A stretch of DNA of 64,000 bases from Rikenellaceae bacterium (lineage in GTDB: Bacteria > Bacteroidota > Bacteroidia > Bacteroidales > Rikenellaceae): the NCBI GenBank assembly GCA_047174185.1, contig JBCQUH010000004.1, positions 2,656-66,655 on the forward strand, given 5' to 3'. Positions 37,589-46,513 of this stretch are shown in pieces (position 1 is the first letter of the stretch; every line of letters begins with the position of its first letter). The translations under genes and the position numbers were made by a program. Below the pieces are notes generated by a model that made no database searches, was not told where the DNA came from, and saw only the letters and a program-made list of their open reading frames with translations.

Positions 37589-39087
37589 AGCACAAAACAT
37601 CAACCACTTCAACTTGCGACACAAGTACAATTTTAGAGCCAAAAGAGAAAACAACTCAACAAAATAGCACAACGCCCGAACAGACACCATCGCTCGAGGA
37701 GTTTGCACGCACCATATCGCCCTCCATCGAGTTCGAACACTTCCACGAGATATACTACAAGTTGCTCGAGAGTTTCGCCATGGGCGAGATCCGCAAACTC
37801 ATCATCACCATGCCTCCGCAACATGGCAAGAGTCTGGGGGCGACCACCATACTCCCAGCATATATGTTGGGGCTAAATCCCGATTTGCGCATAGCCATCG
37901 CCTCCTACTCCTCGTCGCTCGCCTCGAAGTTCAATCGTCGCGTACAGAGAATCCTAGAGTCTAAGGAGTACAACGAGCTATTCCCCCAGACCACCATCAA
38001 AAAGGGGGCAAAACCTGCAAACTACATCCGCACCAGCGAGGAGGTCGAGATCATCGACCACCAAGGGTCGCTACTATCGGTCGGACGCGAAGGGTCGCTC
38101 ACGGGCAACCGTGTCGACTGTTTCATCCTCGACGATCTATACAAAGATGCTATGGAGGCCAACTCGCCCCTCATACGCGAAAACTGCCTCGAGTGGTATA
38201 CATCGGTAGTCAAGACCCGCATGCACAACGACTCAAGCGAGCTGATCGTATTTACGCGTTGGCACGAGGAGGATCTAATCGGCACCCTCACACAGCGCGA
38301 GCGATACCACCCATTCTACGCCTTCGACCAACTCCTCTCGACACCCGATCAGGAGTGGACATATCTCAATTTCGAGGCGATCAAGACATCTGAACCCACC
38401 ACCATCGATCCGCGCCAGATTGGCGATGCGCTGTGGCCAAGCCGCCAAAATGCCGACCTTCTGCTCCAAAAACGCGCCCTCGATCCCATGCGCTTCGAGT
38501 GTATGTACCAAGGCAACCCATCGTCGCGCGACGGACTGCTCTATGGCGACAACTTCAAGGAGTACGACGAGCTGCCCACCTCGATCCTGCGACGCGAGAA
38601 CTACACCGACACGGCCGACATGGGCGACGACTATCTATGTTCGATCTGTTACTGCGTGGGCGACGACGAGCTGATCTACATCACCGACATCGTCTACACG
38701 CGCCAACCCATGGAGGTAAGCGAACCGATGGTAGCCCAGATGCTAATCGACCAATCTACGACGCGCGCCGCCATCGAGAGCAACAACGGTGGACGCGGAT
38801 TTGCGCGTGCCGTGCAACGCCTCGCCCCACACGTCAAGGTGGAGTGGTTTCACCAGAGTGCCAACAAACAGGCACGCATACTCTCCAACTGTGCCACAGC
38901 GATCCACCGTCTACGCATGCCACGCGGATGGAAACAAGAGTGGAGTGAGCTTGCAGCCCACCTCACGACATATCGCCGCTCCTATCGCGCCAACCGTTGG
39001 CACGATGCGGCAGATGTTATAACTGGAATTGTTGAACGCGAGAATATATTGGCGAAAAGCGCCAAACGCTCTCTCACATTCATTTAA
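37582..39087 (+). CDS. phage-type terminase large subunit (TerL; Terminase_6-like ATPase plus RNase-H-like nuclease)
   Basis: Walker A MPPQHGKS, Walker B-like VDCFILDD, and nuclease acidic motifs YTDTADMGDD, IESNNGG and WHDAADV. I prefer the ATG at 37582 (MVKHK...). Confidence 0.75.
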   Translation: MVKHKTSTTSTCDTSTILEPKEKTTQQNSTTPEQTPSLEEFARTISPSIEFEHFHEIYYKLLESFAMGEIRKLIITMPPQHGKSLGATTILPAYMLGLNPDLRIAIASYSSSLASKFNRRVQRILESKEYNELFPQTTIKKGAKPANYIRTSEEVEIIDHQGSLLSVGREGSLTGNRVDCFILDDLYKDAMEANSPLIRENCLEWYTSVVKTRMHNDSSELIVFTRWHEEDLIGTLTQRERYHPFYAFDQLLSTPDQEWTYLNFEAIKTSEPTTIDPRQIGDALWPSRQNADLLLQKRALDPMRFECMYQGNPSSRDGLLYGDNFKEYDELPTSILRRENYTDTADMGDDYLCSICYCVGDDELIYITDIVYTRQPMEVSEPMVAQMLIDQSTTRAAIESNNGGRGFARAVQRLAPHVKVEWFHQSANKQARILSNCATAIHRLRMPRGWKQEWSELAAHLTTYRRSYRANRWHDAADVITGIVERENILAKSAKRSLTFI

Positions 39088-39100
39088 AAAAGAGTAGGGA

Positions 39101-39550
39101 TCAACGGTCTGATGGGCTACACATCTCATCGAGCAGGTCGAGATACAGATTCTCTTTGCGACGCATCTCGGGGGCTTCGGCCTCCGATTTGTCGCCCTGC
39201 CCACAGAGGTGCAACACACCGTGGACAACTATTCGGTGCATCTCGCGCAGAGGTGTGGAGTCGAAGTTACGGGCATTATCCGCCACCGTCTCGACATCTA
39301 TATACAATTCACCTGCGATAAATCGCATAATATCCAAATCGCTATAGTCGAACGTTATGATATCGGTATAATAGTCGTGTCCCAAAAATTCGCGATTCAT
39401 AGCCAACAGACGCTCGGCCGAGCAGAAGATCACCCCCACATCTTCAAGTTCATACCCCTCACGTGCGGCCACCTCACGCAGCCAACGACCAATCAGCCTA
39501 CGCTGCCCGAACTTATACTTGCACCCATCGTGGTGATAATGTATCGCCAT
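39101..39550 (-). CDS. ybeY: rRNA maturation RNase YbeY
   Basis: Zinc motif HGVLHLCGQGD. I prefer the ATG at 39550 (MAIHYHH), 4 nt after the upstream gene's stop. Confidence 0.88.
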   Translation of the reverse strand: MAIHYHHDGCKYKFGQRRLIGRWLREVAAREGYELEDVGVIFCSAERLLAMNREFLGHDYYTDIITFDYSDLDIMRFIAGELYIDVETVADNARNFDSTPLREMHRIVVHGVLHLCGQGDKSEAEAPEMRRKENLYLDLLDEMCSPSDR

Positions 39551-39554
39551 AATT

Positions 39555-40673
39555 TTACCTTTTAAAGCAGTTTGCAGCACTCACCTTCTCCGTCGATTTT
39601 GGCGGATATAATCCAAAGACAATCTTATATTCGCTCTCCAACGTGATGATGTTTACCGACTCACCGATCACACCAATCTGTTGGTCACGCGCCACGACAT
39701 CACCCTTAGCCACAGAGATTTGAGACAATCCGCCATACGAGGTAATATACTCACCGTGAGCGATATAGACATCATAATTATTGGTGATCTTATTGCGCTT
39801 CACATCCATCACCTTACCAGCATAGATCGAGGTCACCTTCGCACCACGCGCACCCAACACCTCGGCCATATTCTCCATATACTGCTTCACACGCCCCCCT
39901 GCGACAGGGAGTGTGAGACCCGAGGTCTTGGCCGAAAACGAGGCTCCCGTCTGATTGCCAATGACCAGCGCCTGCAACTTCTTGATCTCGGTATCGAGCT
40001 GACGCTTCGCCAATTCGCTCTGCTGCATCGCCTTGCGCTCACGGCTCGACATCGAGTTGATAGTCGCACGAGCCGAATCGACATCGCTCTGCAAACGGCT
40101 CCGCTGAAGTGTCAAATCCTTCACCACACCATCCAACTCCGCTTGACTCGCCACCAACGCCATACGCTGCACACCCAACTGTGCAGACAACGAGTCGATA
40201 TGATCCATACGCTCTCTGCGCAACTCGGCCAAAGCCCTCACATTCGACATTCGATAGGCCAACTCATTGAAATCGCTCGACGTAAAGATATAGCTCAACA
40301 ACGTGCGACCATGGTAGCTACGGTAGGCCTCGCGAACCATCTGAGCATACCCCTCACGCTCCGCCTCCAACTCACCGCTCAACGTCGTAGCGTTCATATC
40401 GAGTGTCGCCACCTCCGAACGCAGACGCACCGCCTCGAGTCGCTGCGCCTCCAACAGACGGTTACGCGTAGCAATCTGTTGAACCAACGCCCCCACACGC
40501 TCCTCGCTAGCCGCCTTATCCTTGCGAAGCTGTGCCACTTCGCGTTCGCTGCTGGCGATCTGCTTCTCCAACGTCGCGATCAAGCTACGCTGCTTATCTA
40601 TTGCATCATCGGCTCGCGACACCTCAAACGTCAAGAGCATCACCACACACAATATAATATCTCTCAATCTCAT
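39555..40673 (-). CDS. EnvC-like murein hydrolase activator (coiled coil plus degenerate M23/LytM domain)
   Basis: 372 aa with a signal peptide, a long coiled coil rich in Q/R/E/L, and a C-terminal LytM-like fold that lacks the HxH metal motif. Confidence 0.7.
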   Translation of the reverse strand: MRLRDIILCVVMLLTFEVSRADDAIDKQRSLIATLEKQIASSEREVAQLRKDKAASEERVGALVQQIATRNRLLEAQRLEAVRLRSEVATLDMNATTLSGELEAEREGYAQMVREAYRSYHGRTLLSYIFTSSDFNELAYRMSNVRALAELRRERMDHIDSLSAQLGVQRMALVASQAELDGVVKDLTLQRSRLQSDVDSARATINSMSSRERKAMQQSELAKRQLDTEIKKLQALVIGNQTGASFSAKTSGLTLPVAGGRVKQYMENMAEVLGARGAKVTSIYAGKVMDVKRNKITNNYDVYIAHGEYITSYGGLSQISVAKGDVVARDQQIGVIGESVNIITLESEYKIVFGLYPPKSTEKVSAANCFKR

Positions 40674-40678
40674 ATCCT

Positions 40679-42421
40679 CTACTTTTTACTTTTCTCTCGT
40701 CGCAACTGCGCCTCTTCGCGCCCCTCGGCCACTTGGTCGGCTTCAGCCCCCCACTCCGCGGCTCGACCCCAATATATGTCAGCCACTGCATCTTCGCCCA
40801 ACACCAACAACACAGCGGCGTAGTGAAGCGCTATCTCCGAATTTTTATCGGCATCCAACGACACTGCACGTCGCAGCGTCAACTTCGCCTCCTCATACTC
40901 CCCCAGCTTATACAACACCCAACCATGAGTGTCGAGATAGGTTGGCGATCCATCGACCATCTGGGTGGCCATCTGCGACATCTCCAACGCCCGTTTCAGC
41001 TCTCTCTTCGAGCTACTGCCCACACTAATGGCATAGGCATAGTTATTGAGTGTCAACACATTATCACCCACATAATCCAACGACCGCTCATACGCCTCAT
41101 AGGACTCTTTGGTCAAACCTCCAAACTGACACATATCACCGATCATGCACCACACCTCGCTGCGACGCACACTATCGACCGACATCTCCAACAATATATT
41201 ATACTGCTCCAGAGCCTCCTCATAGCGACGATGATAGGTCAACATATGCGCCAACGACTCCACAAACGCCCCATTATCCTCAAACACCTCACACGCCAAA
41301 CGGGTGTAGTGCTCCGCAGAGTCGACACGGTTGAGATAGCGCTCAATATCGATCACCATCTCGTAGTAGTACTCATGGGGTTCATCGCGTTCGATATGCC
41401 CTTTGAGCAGAATCAAAGCCACCTCCAGACTACCCTTTGCGATAAAGAAGTTGACCTGCATCTCGGCAACACGCAGATCACGAGGATACTCCGTCACCAG
41501 AGTCTCCACAACCTCGATCAAAAGGCTGCTCTGCGACTGCCACACCTGGCGATTCTTCAACATCTCCTCGACCAGCGCGATCTTCTCATCCAAACTCGCC
41601 TCGTCGCTGCGCAACAGACGCTTCAACACCACTAAATAGTCGCCATACTCCCCCCTCTCACTCATATATCCACCCAACGACACCAGTGCATTGAACGACA
41701 TGGAGTCGATGCTCAACGCCTCCAAATACTCGACATAGGCCATCGAGTCGCGACCCATCGAGCCATACAGCTCAGCCATCGAGACTCGCAGATCGGCATC
41801 GTATGGCATCTGCGCAATCAGCTCCATCATCTGCTCCACAGCGCGATCCGATTGATCGGTCGACAACAACAACTGACGTTTTATATCCATCAAGTAGGGG
41901 TTATACCCCACTCGCAGCTCAGCTGTATCGAGCAGTGCGATGGCTCGCTGAGCCTCATTGGCCCTCTGATACAGAATAGCCAACAGTCGATAGGCATTGA
42001 CATCGCGAGGCTGCTGCTCCAAGATCTGCTCGTAGACCTGCTGCGCCTTGGCATAGGAGCGTTCGCTCAACAGCGACCGTCCATAGGCATCCAGATACCA
42101 ATAGTTCGCACTATCCTGCTGATAGGCCACAAGGGCATGCTGCGCAGAGCGCGATGCGTCGCTATACATAAATAACTGAGAGAGCGTATAATGCGCTGGT
42201 GCATAGAGCGTATCGAGACACAATGCCGACTCCAAATCACGCTGCGCCTGCGCCATATCGCCATAGAGGTACAACTGCGTAACTCCACGATTGGTATACT
42301 CCACGACGCTATCGACACGCGGCGTAACCTCCTCCACTCGACTCTGGGCACACACCCCCCACAGCGACGCAAAAGAGAGCACCACCATACAGATCAGAGT
42401 ACGCAGAGTTACGGATACCAT
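40679..42421 (-). CDS. tetratricopeptide repeat protein, secreted
   Basis: 580 aa with a signal peptide and repeated A/Y/L TPR-like helices throughout. Confidence 0.7.
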   Translation of the reverse strand: MVSVTLRTLICMVVLSFASLWGVCAQSRVEEVTPRVDSVVEYTNRGVTQLYLYGDMAQAQRDLESALCLDTLYAPAHYTLSQLFMYSDASRSAQHALVAYQQDSANYWYLDAYGRSLLSERSYAKAQQVYEQILEQQPRDVNAYRLLAILYQRANEAQRAIALLDTAELRVGYNPYLMDIKRQLLLSTDQSDRAVEQMMELIAQMPYDADLRVSMAELYGSMGRDSMAYVEYLEALSIDSMSFNALVSLGGYMSERGEYGDYLVVLKRLLRSDEASLDEKIALVEEMLKNRQVWQSQSSLLIEVVETLVTEYPRDLRVAEMQVNFFIAKGSLEVALILLKGHIERDEPHEYYYEMVIDIERYLNRVDSAEHYTRLACEVFEDNGAFVESLAHMLTYHRRYEEALEQYNILLEMSVDSVRRSEVWCMIGDMCQFGGLTKESYEAYERSLDYVGDNVLTLNNYAYAISVGSSSKRELKRALEMSQMATQMVDGSPTYLDTHGWVLYKLGEYEEAKLTLRRAVSLDADKNSEIALHYAAVLLVLGEDAVADIYWGRAAEWGAEADQVAEGREEAQLRREKSKK

Positions 42422-42452
42422 ATGAGTTATGAGTTATGAGTTATAAGTATAG

Positions 42453-43478
42453 TTATAGCGCTTTATCAAACTGATTCAAGAATCGTACATCATTCTCGAA
42501 ATATAGACGCAGATCCTTCACGCCATAGAGCAACATCGCAATGCGTTCAACACCCATTCCAAAGGCAAATCCACTATATCTCTTTGAATCAATTCCGTTC
42601 GACTCCAACACATTAGGGTCTACCATTCCGCAACCCATAATCTCCAACCAACCTGTACCCTTGCAGACATTACAACCCTTACCGCCACACAGATTGCACG
42701 ACACATCAACCTCGGCCGATGGTTCGGTAAATGGGAAGTATGACGGACGCATACGGATCGTCGCACCCTCGCCGAAGATCTCCTTGGCGAAGTAGAGGAT
42801 CGACTGCTTCATATCGGCAAACGAAACACCTTCGTCGATATACAGACCCTCTATCTGGTGAAAGATACAGTGTGCGCGATACGAGATCGCCTCGTTACGA
42901 AAGACTCGTCCTGGGCAAATCACACGAATCGGCGGATCCTCGCGCTCCATCGTGCGCACCTGAATCGACGAGGTGTGGGTACGCAACAAAATATCTGGAG
43001 AGCTCTGGATAAAAAACGTATCCTGCATATCACGAGCTGGGTGCTCTGGCGGAAAATTCAGTGCCGAAAAGACATGCCAATCATCCTCGATCTCAGGCCC
43101 ATCAGCCACCGTATACCCTAGACGAGCAAAGGTCTCGACGATACGATTCTTAACTATCGAGATAGGATGACGCGATCCAACAGGCAACTGCGACGCTGGG
43201 CGCGACATATCGCCCACACTACTCGACGGTTGCTCGACAGAGGTCGACAACTGCTCTTTAAGGGCATTGATACGCTCCAAAGCACGACCCTTCACCATAT
43301 TAAGTTGTTGTCCCAATTCGCGTTTCAACTCTGGGGCGACACCCTTGAACTCCTCCATCAAATCATTCAACTCACCCTTTTTACCCAATATCTTGATACG
43401 CAACTGCTCAACTTGAGCCAAATCCTGAGGAGCATACTCCTCCAAACGATGCAACAGATCCGCTATTTTACTCTTCAT
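42453..43478 (-). CDS. pheS: phenylalanine--tRNA ligase alpha subunit
   Basis: 341 aa with class II aaRS motifs (HPARDMQDTFF, FRNE, GFAFGMGVERI). Confidence 0.93.
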   Translation of the reverse strand: MKSKIADLLHRLEEYAPQDLAQVEQLRIKILGKKGELNDLMEEFKGVAPELKRELGQQLNMVKGRALERINALKEQLSTSVEQPSSSVGDMSRPASQLPVGSRHPISIVKNRIVETFARLGYTVADGPEIEDDWHVFSALNFPPEHPARDMQDTFFIQSSPDILLRTHTSSIQVRTMEREDPPIRVICPGRVFRNEAISYRAHCIFHQIEGLYIDEGVSFADMKQSILYFAKEIFGEGATIRMRPSYFPFTEPSAEVDVSCNLCGGKGCNVCKGTGWLEIMGCGMVDPNVLESNGIDSKRYSGFAFGMGVERIAMLLYGVKDLRLYFENDVRFLNQFDKAL

Positions 43479-43514
43479 TTATAATATTTTATTAACGTTT
43501 ATCTTGCTTTTGCA

Positions 43515-43522
43515 CAAAGCTA
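43515..43522 (-). promoter_or_regulatory. candidate -7 box (TAGCTTTG) for pheS
   Basis: The minus strand matches TAnnTTTG 37 nt upstream of the ATG at 43478. Confidence 0.35.
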
Positions 43523-43523
43523 C

Positions 43524-43557
43524 AACAAAAATCTGGGATTAAGAAATTTCGTCCCAG
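43524..43557 (-). terminator. short hairpin plus T-run after the lyase-like gene
   Basis: On the minus strand: ctggga-N13-tcccag followed by ATTTTTGTTG. Confidence 0.45.
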
Positions 43558-43585
43558 CAAATCGCCATATACTCGCGCCATTGCA

Positions 43586-46369
43586 CTACTCTATATCGTA
43601 GAGCATACGAACACCCGACTGCGTCTTGGCACGACGACCAACAATCGTATGCTCCACGCCATGCTGATCAACATAACTCAACTCCGCTTTTGTCGAACGA
43701 GGCAACGCCAAACTAAACGCGCCATCCGACTCGATCGACAACACGCCATCGCGCCACTCAACAAGAGCCGTCACACAATCATCACTTGCAATAATCGCGC
43801 AATCCGCCATAGATATATAACGGCCATTCCCCAAAAATAGTCTCTCCAATTTATCGCTAGACGACATAGCCACCACGCCATAGATACCCTCGAACTCCAC
43901 ACCCTTAAATGGCGTGCGCTCCGCCGCCACCTCCGTATTATTGAATATCAACTCGCGGCTCTTGTCGCTGTGGCAAACCTCAACCATCACCAAATCAGAC
44001 GTGCGGCTATCGGTGTAGTTCACCGATTCGATCGAACGACCCTCGCTCTGTGAATATGGCTCATAGATAGCCACAAATGGACGATCCCATGCCTCGCCAC
44101 TTTGACGCACCAACAACAACGGAATCTCCATATCATCGAGACTCTTTGGCAACACACCACTATACCCCTTAGCAACCTTAGGTGTCATAACCGAGAAGAT
44201 CGTACGCCCCTCCTCTCCCTTCATCCAGACATCCATCGAGACCTTGTCGCGACCATCAGTAGGATCCAACTCAAAGGTTGCACGAATGTCGCCATCGTAA
44301 CTCACCTCACGCTTTTGAGTCATATAGTCATACCCCTTGGCACGACCCCCTGCCGATGTCAAATCTTGGCTCTCGCCCATCGCCAACGCCTCGCCACCAG
44401 CGGCCGAAATGGTCAACGACTGACCCACATTGTGATACAAATATTCATGCATCTTATCACCCCCTTCGATCTTGCTCGAACGGAAGATGTCGACATAGTA
44501 ACCGCTGCTCTCCGAGGTGCGAACCACACCATTGGTACGACGCTGCTGTGAATTGGTCGAGGTCTCGTGGAACGTATTATCCGCATACAGAATCGACACT
44601 TCACGCGCTGCATCGCCCCTGTTCGACACAGGGAAATATGACAACAGAGCATGTTGTGGCGACGACTCACCAGGCAACATCTCGGGACTACTATTCTTCG
44701 AACGGCCATCGACCACAACTGTATTGTGGCTCACCGCAGCCTTATAGTATTCACGATGGTCGGCCGACCAGTAGCTGCTACCACGACCCTTGTCGACACC
44801 CAAAACGTAACCCTCACCATACAACTCCAGACTCATTCCATTGTCGCTATTGTGGTTGAAACCTGTTCCTGCATTGATCAACATCAAGGCATTTTGGCGA
44901 TCCAAACCACTGCGCAACATCGACAAATTGACATTGGGAGCGTAGAACAATGCCGAATAGAGCGAACTTCCGTCGGCTCTGATATCGCCCAGATCCTCAA
45001 CATAGTTAAACAACTTATACATCGTCACACCACGCTTTCTCTCATAGAGCCCATTGGCCACTCGATCGTTGAGAACCGCGGCTGTGCTCTGCAACTTATC
45101 ATCCATACCATATCGTTTATAAAACGACAAGAGAGATTCAAACATCGTATTATCAATCAGCGAATATCCATTGTCGCCAAATCCCGTAGTTCGAAGATTG
45201 GGCATCTCATACTCCATCGAAGCCACCGCAGCACGCTCCACGATCTCGAAATCGCACAGCAGGTTCTCCCCATCCAATCCATCGAGCAACAAAAGAGCCT
45301 CAAGCAGATCCTTGGTGGTGTTTGTCGAGTAGATAGGCGACTCGTTCCACATCGCTGTATTGGGGTCATAAATATCACGCACCTCTTTGAGTGCACGCTG
45401 ACGCTCCACACTCTTATTCAACAAGAAGTCGGCATAGTACTCGCGCCCCTTGCCATTCTCATAGTCTGCGTCGCTCTCTAGAACCAATGCCAAATATGAG
45501 ATGAAACGCGCTTGGAACACATTCCAGTTATTATCCGACACTCCATTTACAATCACCTGGTCGGCAAACTTCTGGAACACCGCCTGCATACGAGCCACAT
45601 CTGCACGACGCTCATGCAGATAGTCGTACAAGAAGTCGTAGCACAAAGTCATCGAAGGGATCACACCTTCGTGGATCACCTCAAACGAGGTCAAACCCAC
45701 CACATGAGCATTGCGAGTATCGCCCTCGGCCACAGGAGCTTCGCGATAGTACAACCCATCGGTAAAGACCTTGAGAATATCATATGCAAACTTTGCATAT
45801 CGCTCATCGCCATCGAGCCAATACAAGAATGCACTATACATCGCCTTGGTTACGATCGAGACATTGATACCCTCTACCTTATGGGCACTCTTGCCAGTGT
45901 CGACCCACTCCCATGGAGAGCCTGGCTTAGTGGGATTTTGCAGATATATCTGATCGTCATTATAATCCATAAATGGTCGTATATCCTCCAACGACGGAGT
46001 ACGATAGATGCTCGACCAATCACGTCCTCCCGTAAAACGAACCGTTGGCACTGGCGCATGACCCTCGGCACGAGAATACTCGCCACCATTAATGTAAGGG
46101 GTCGTATAGTGATTTTTCCAATACATCTGCAATCGCGAGATGATCCAAATGCTATCACTAACATGACGCTCTACATATTGATCCACCTGATCGTGCGCCA
46201 TCTTAAGCATAGGTTTCGCCCACTCCAAACGCTCCATTCTCTCGACCACCTCGCCCTTTGTCATCGAGGGGTATGTACGAATTGTCTTGTCGGCAGAGGC
46301 CTCTGCGGCCAACGGCAATAGTGTTGCGCCTAGCAGCAGCGCCGAGATAAATAATCCTTTTGATTTCAT
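43586..46369 (-). CDS. heparinase II/III-like polysaccharide lyase family protein, secreted
   Basis: 927 aa from the ATG at 46369 (MKSKGLF...). The C-terminal segment HNSDNGMSLELYGEGYVLGVDKG...AVSHNTVVVDG resembles the Hepar_II_III domain, and the N-terminal part is an alpha-helical toroid-like region. Confidence 0.6.
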   Translation of the reverse strand: MKSKGLFISALLLGATLLPLAAEASADKTIRTYPSMTKGEVVERMERLEWAKPMLKMAHDQVDQYVERHVSDSIWIISRLQMYWKNHYTTPYINGGEYSRAEGHAPVPTVRFTGGRDWSSIYRTPSLEDIRPFMDYNDDQIYLQNPTKPGSPWEWVDTGKSAHKVEGINVSIVTKAMYSAFLYWLDGDERYAKFAYDILKVFTDGLYYREAPVAEGDTRNAHVVGLTSFEVIHEGVIPSMTLCYDFLYDYLHERRADVARMQAVFQKFADQVIVNGVSDNNWNVFQARFISYLALVLESDADYENGKGREYYADFLLNKSVERQRALKEVRDIYDPNTAMWNESPIYSTNTTKDLLEALLLLDGLDGENLLCDFEIVERAAVASMEYEMPNLRTTGFGDNGYSLIDNTMFESLLSFYKRYGMDDKLQSTAAVLNDRVANGLYERKRGVTMYKLFNYVEDLGDIRADGSSLYSALFYAPNVNLSMLRSGLDRQNALMLINAGTGFNHNSDNGMSLELYGEGYVLGVDKGRGSSYWSADHREYYKAAVSHNTVVVDGRSKNSSPEMLPGESSPQHALLSYFPVSNRGDAAREVSILYADNTFHETSTNSQQRRTNGVVRTSESSGYYVDIFRSSKIEGGDKMHEYLYHNVGQSLTISAAGGEALAMGESQDLTSAGGRAKGYDYMTQKREVSYDGDIRATFELDPTDGRDKVSMDVWMKGEEGRTIFSVMTPKVAKGYSGVLPKSLDDMEIPLLLVRQSGEAWDRPFVAIYEPYSQSEGRSIESVNYTDSRTSDLVMVEVCHSDKSRELIFNNTEVAAERTPFKGVEFEGIYGVVAMSSSDKLERLFLGNGRYISMADCAIIASDDCVTALVEWRDGVLSIESDGAFSLALPRSTKAELSYVDQHGVEHTIVGRRAKTQSGVRMLYDIE

Positions 46370-46456
46370 AAAATATATTTTAGTTTTAGCATCCTTCCAG
46401 ATCTGCAAATTTATAAAAAATAAGGTGAAAAATAGCGTAATTCAAGAATAAAATAG

Positions 46457-46464
46457 TATATTTG
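46457..46464 (+). promoter_or_regulatory. candidate -7 box (TATATTTG) for the tandem sulfatases
   Basis: Matches TAnnTTTG 50 nt upstream of the ATG at 46514. Confidence 0.4.
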
Positions 46465-46513
46465 CGATAGATTAAAGTATAACGTTTAACCAAAATTAAC
46501 TAAAATAAAAAAC

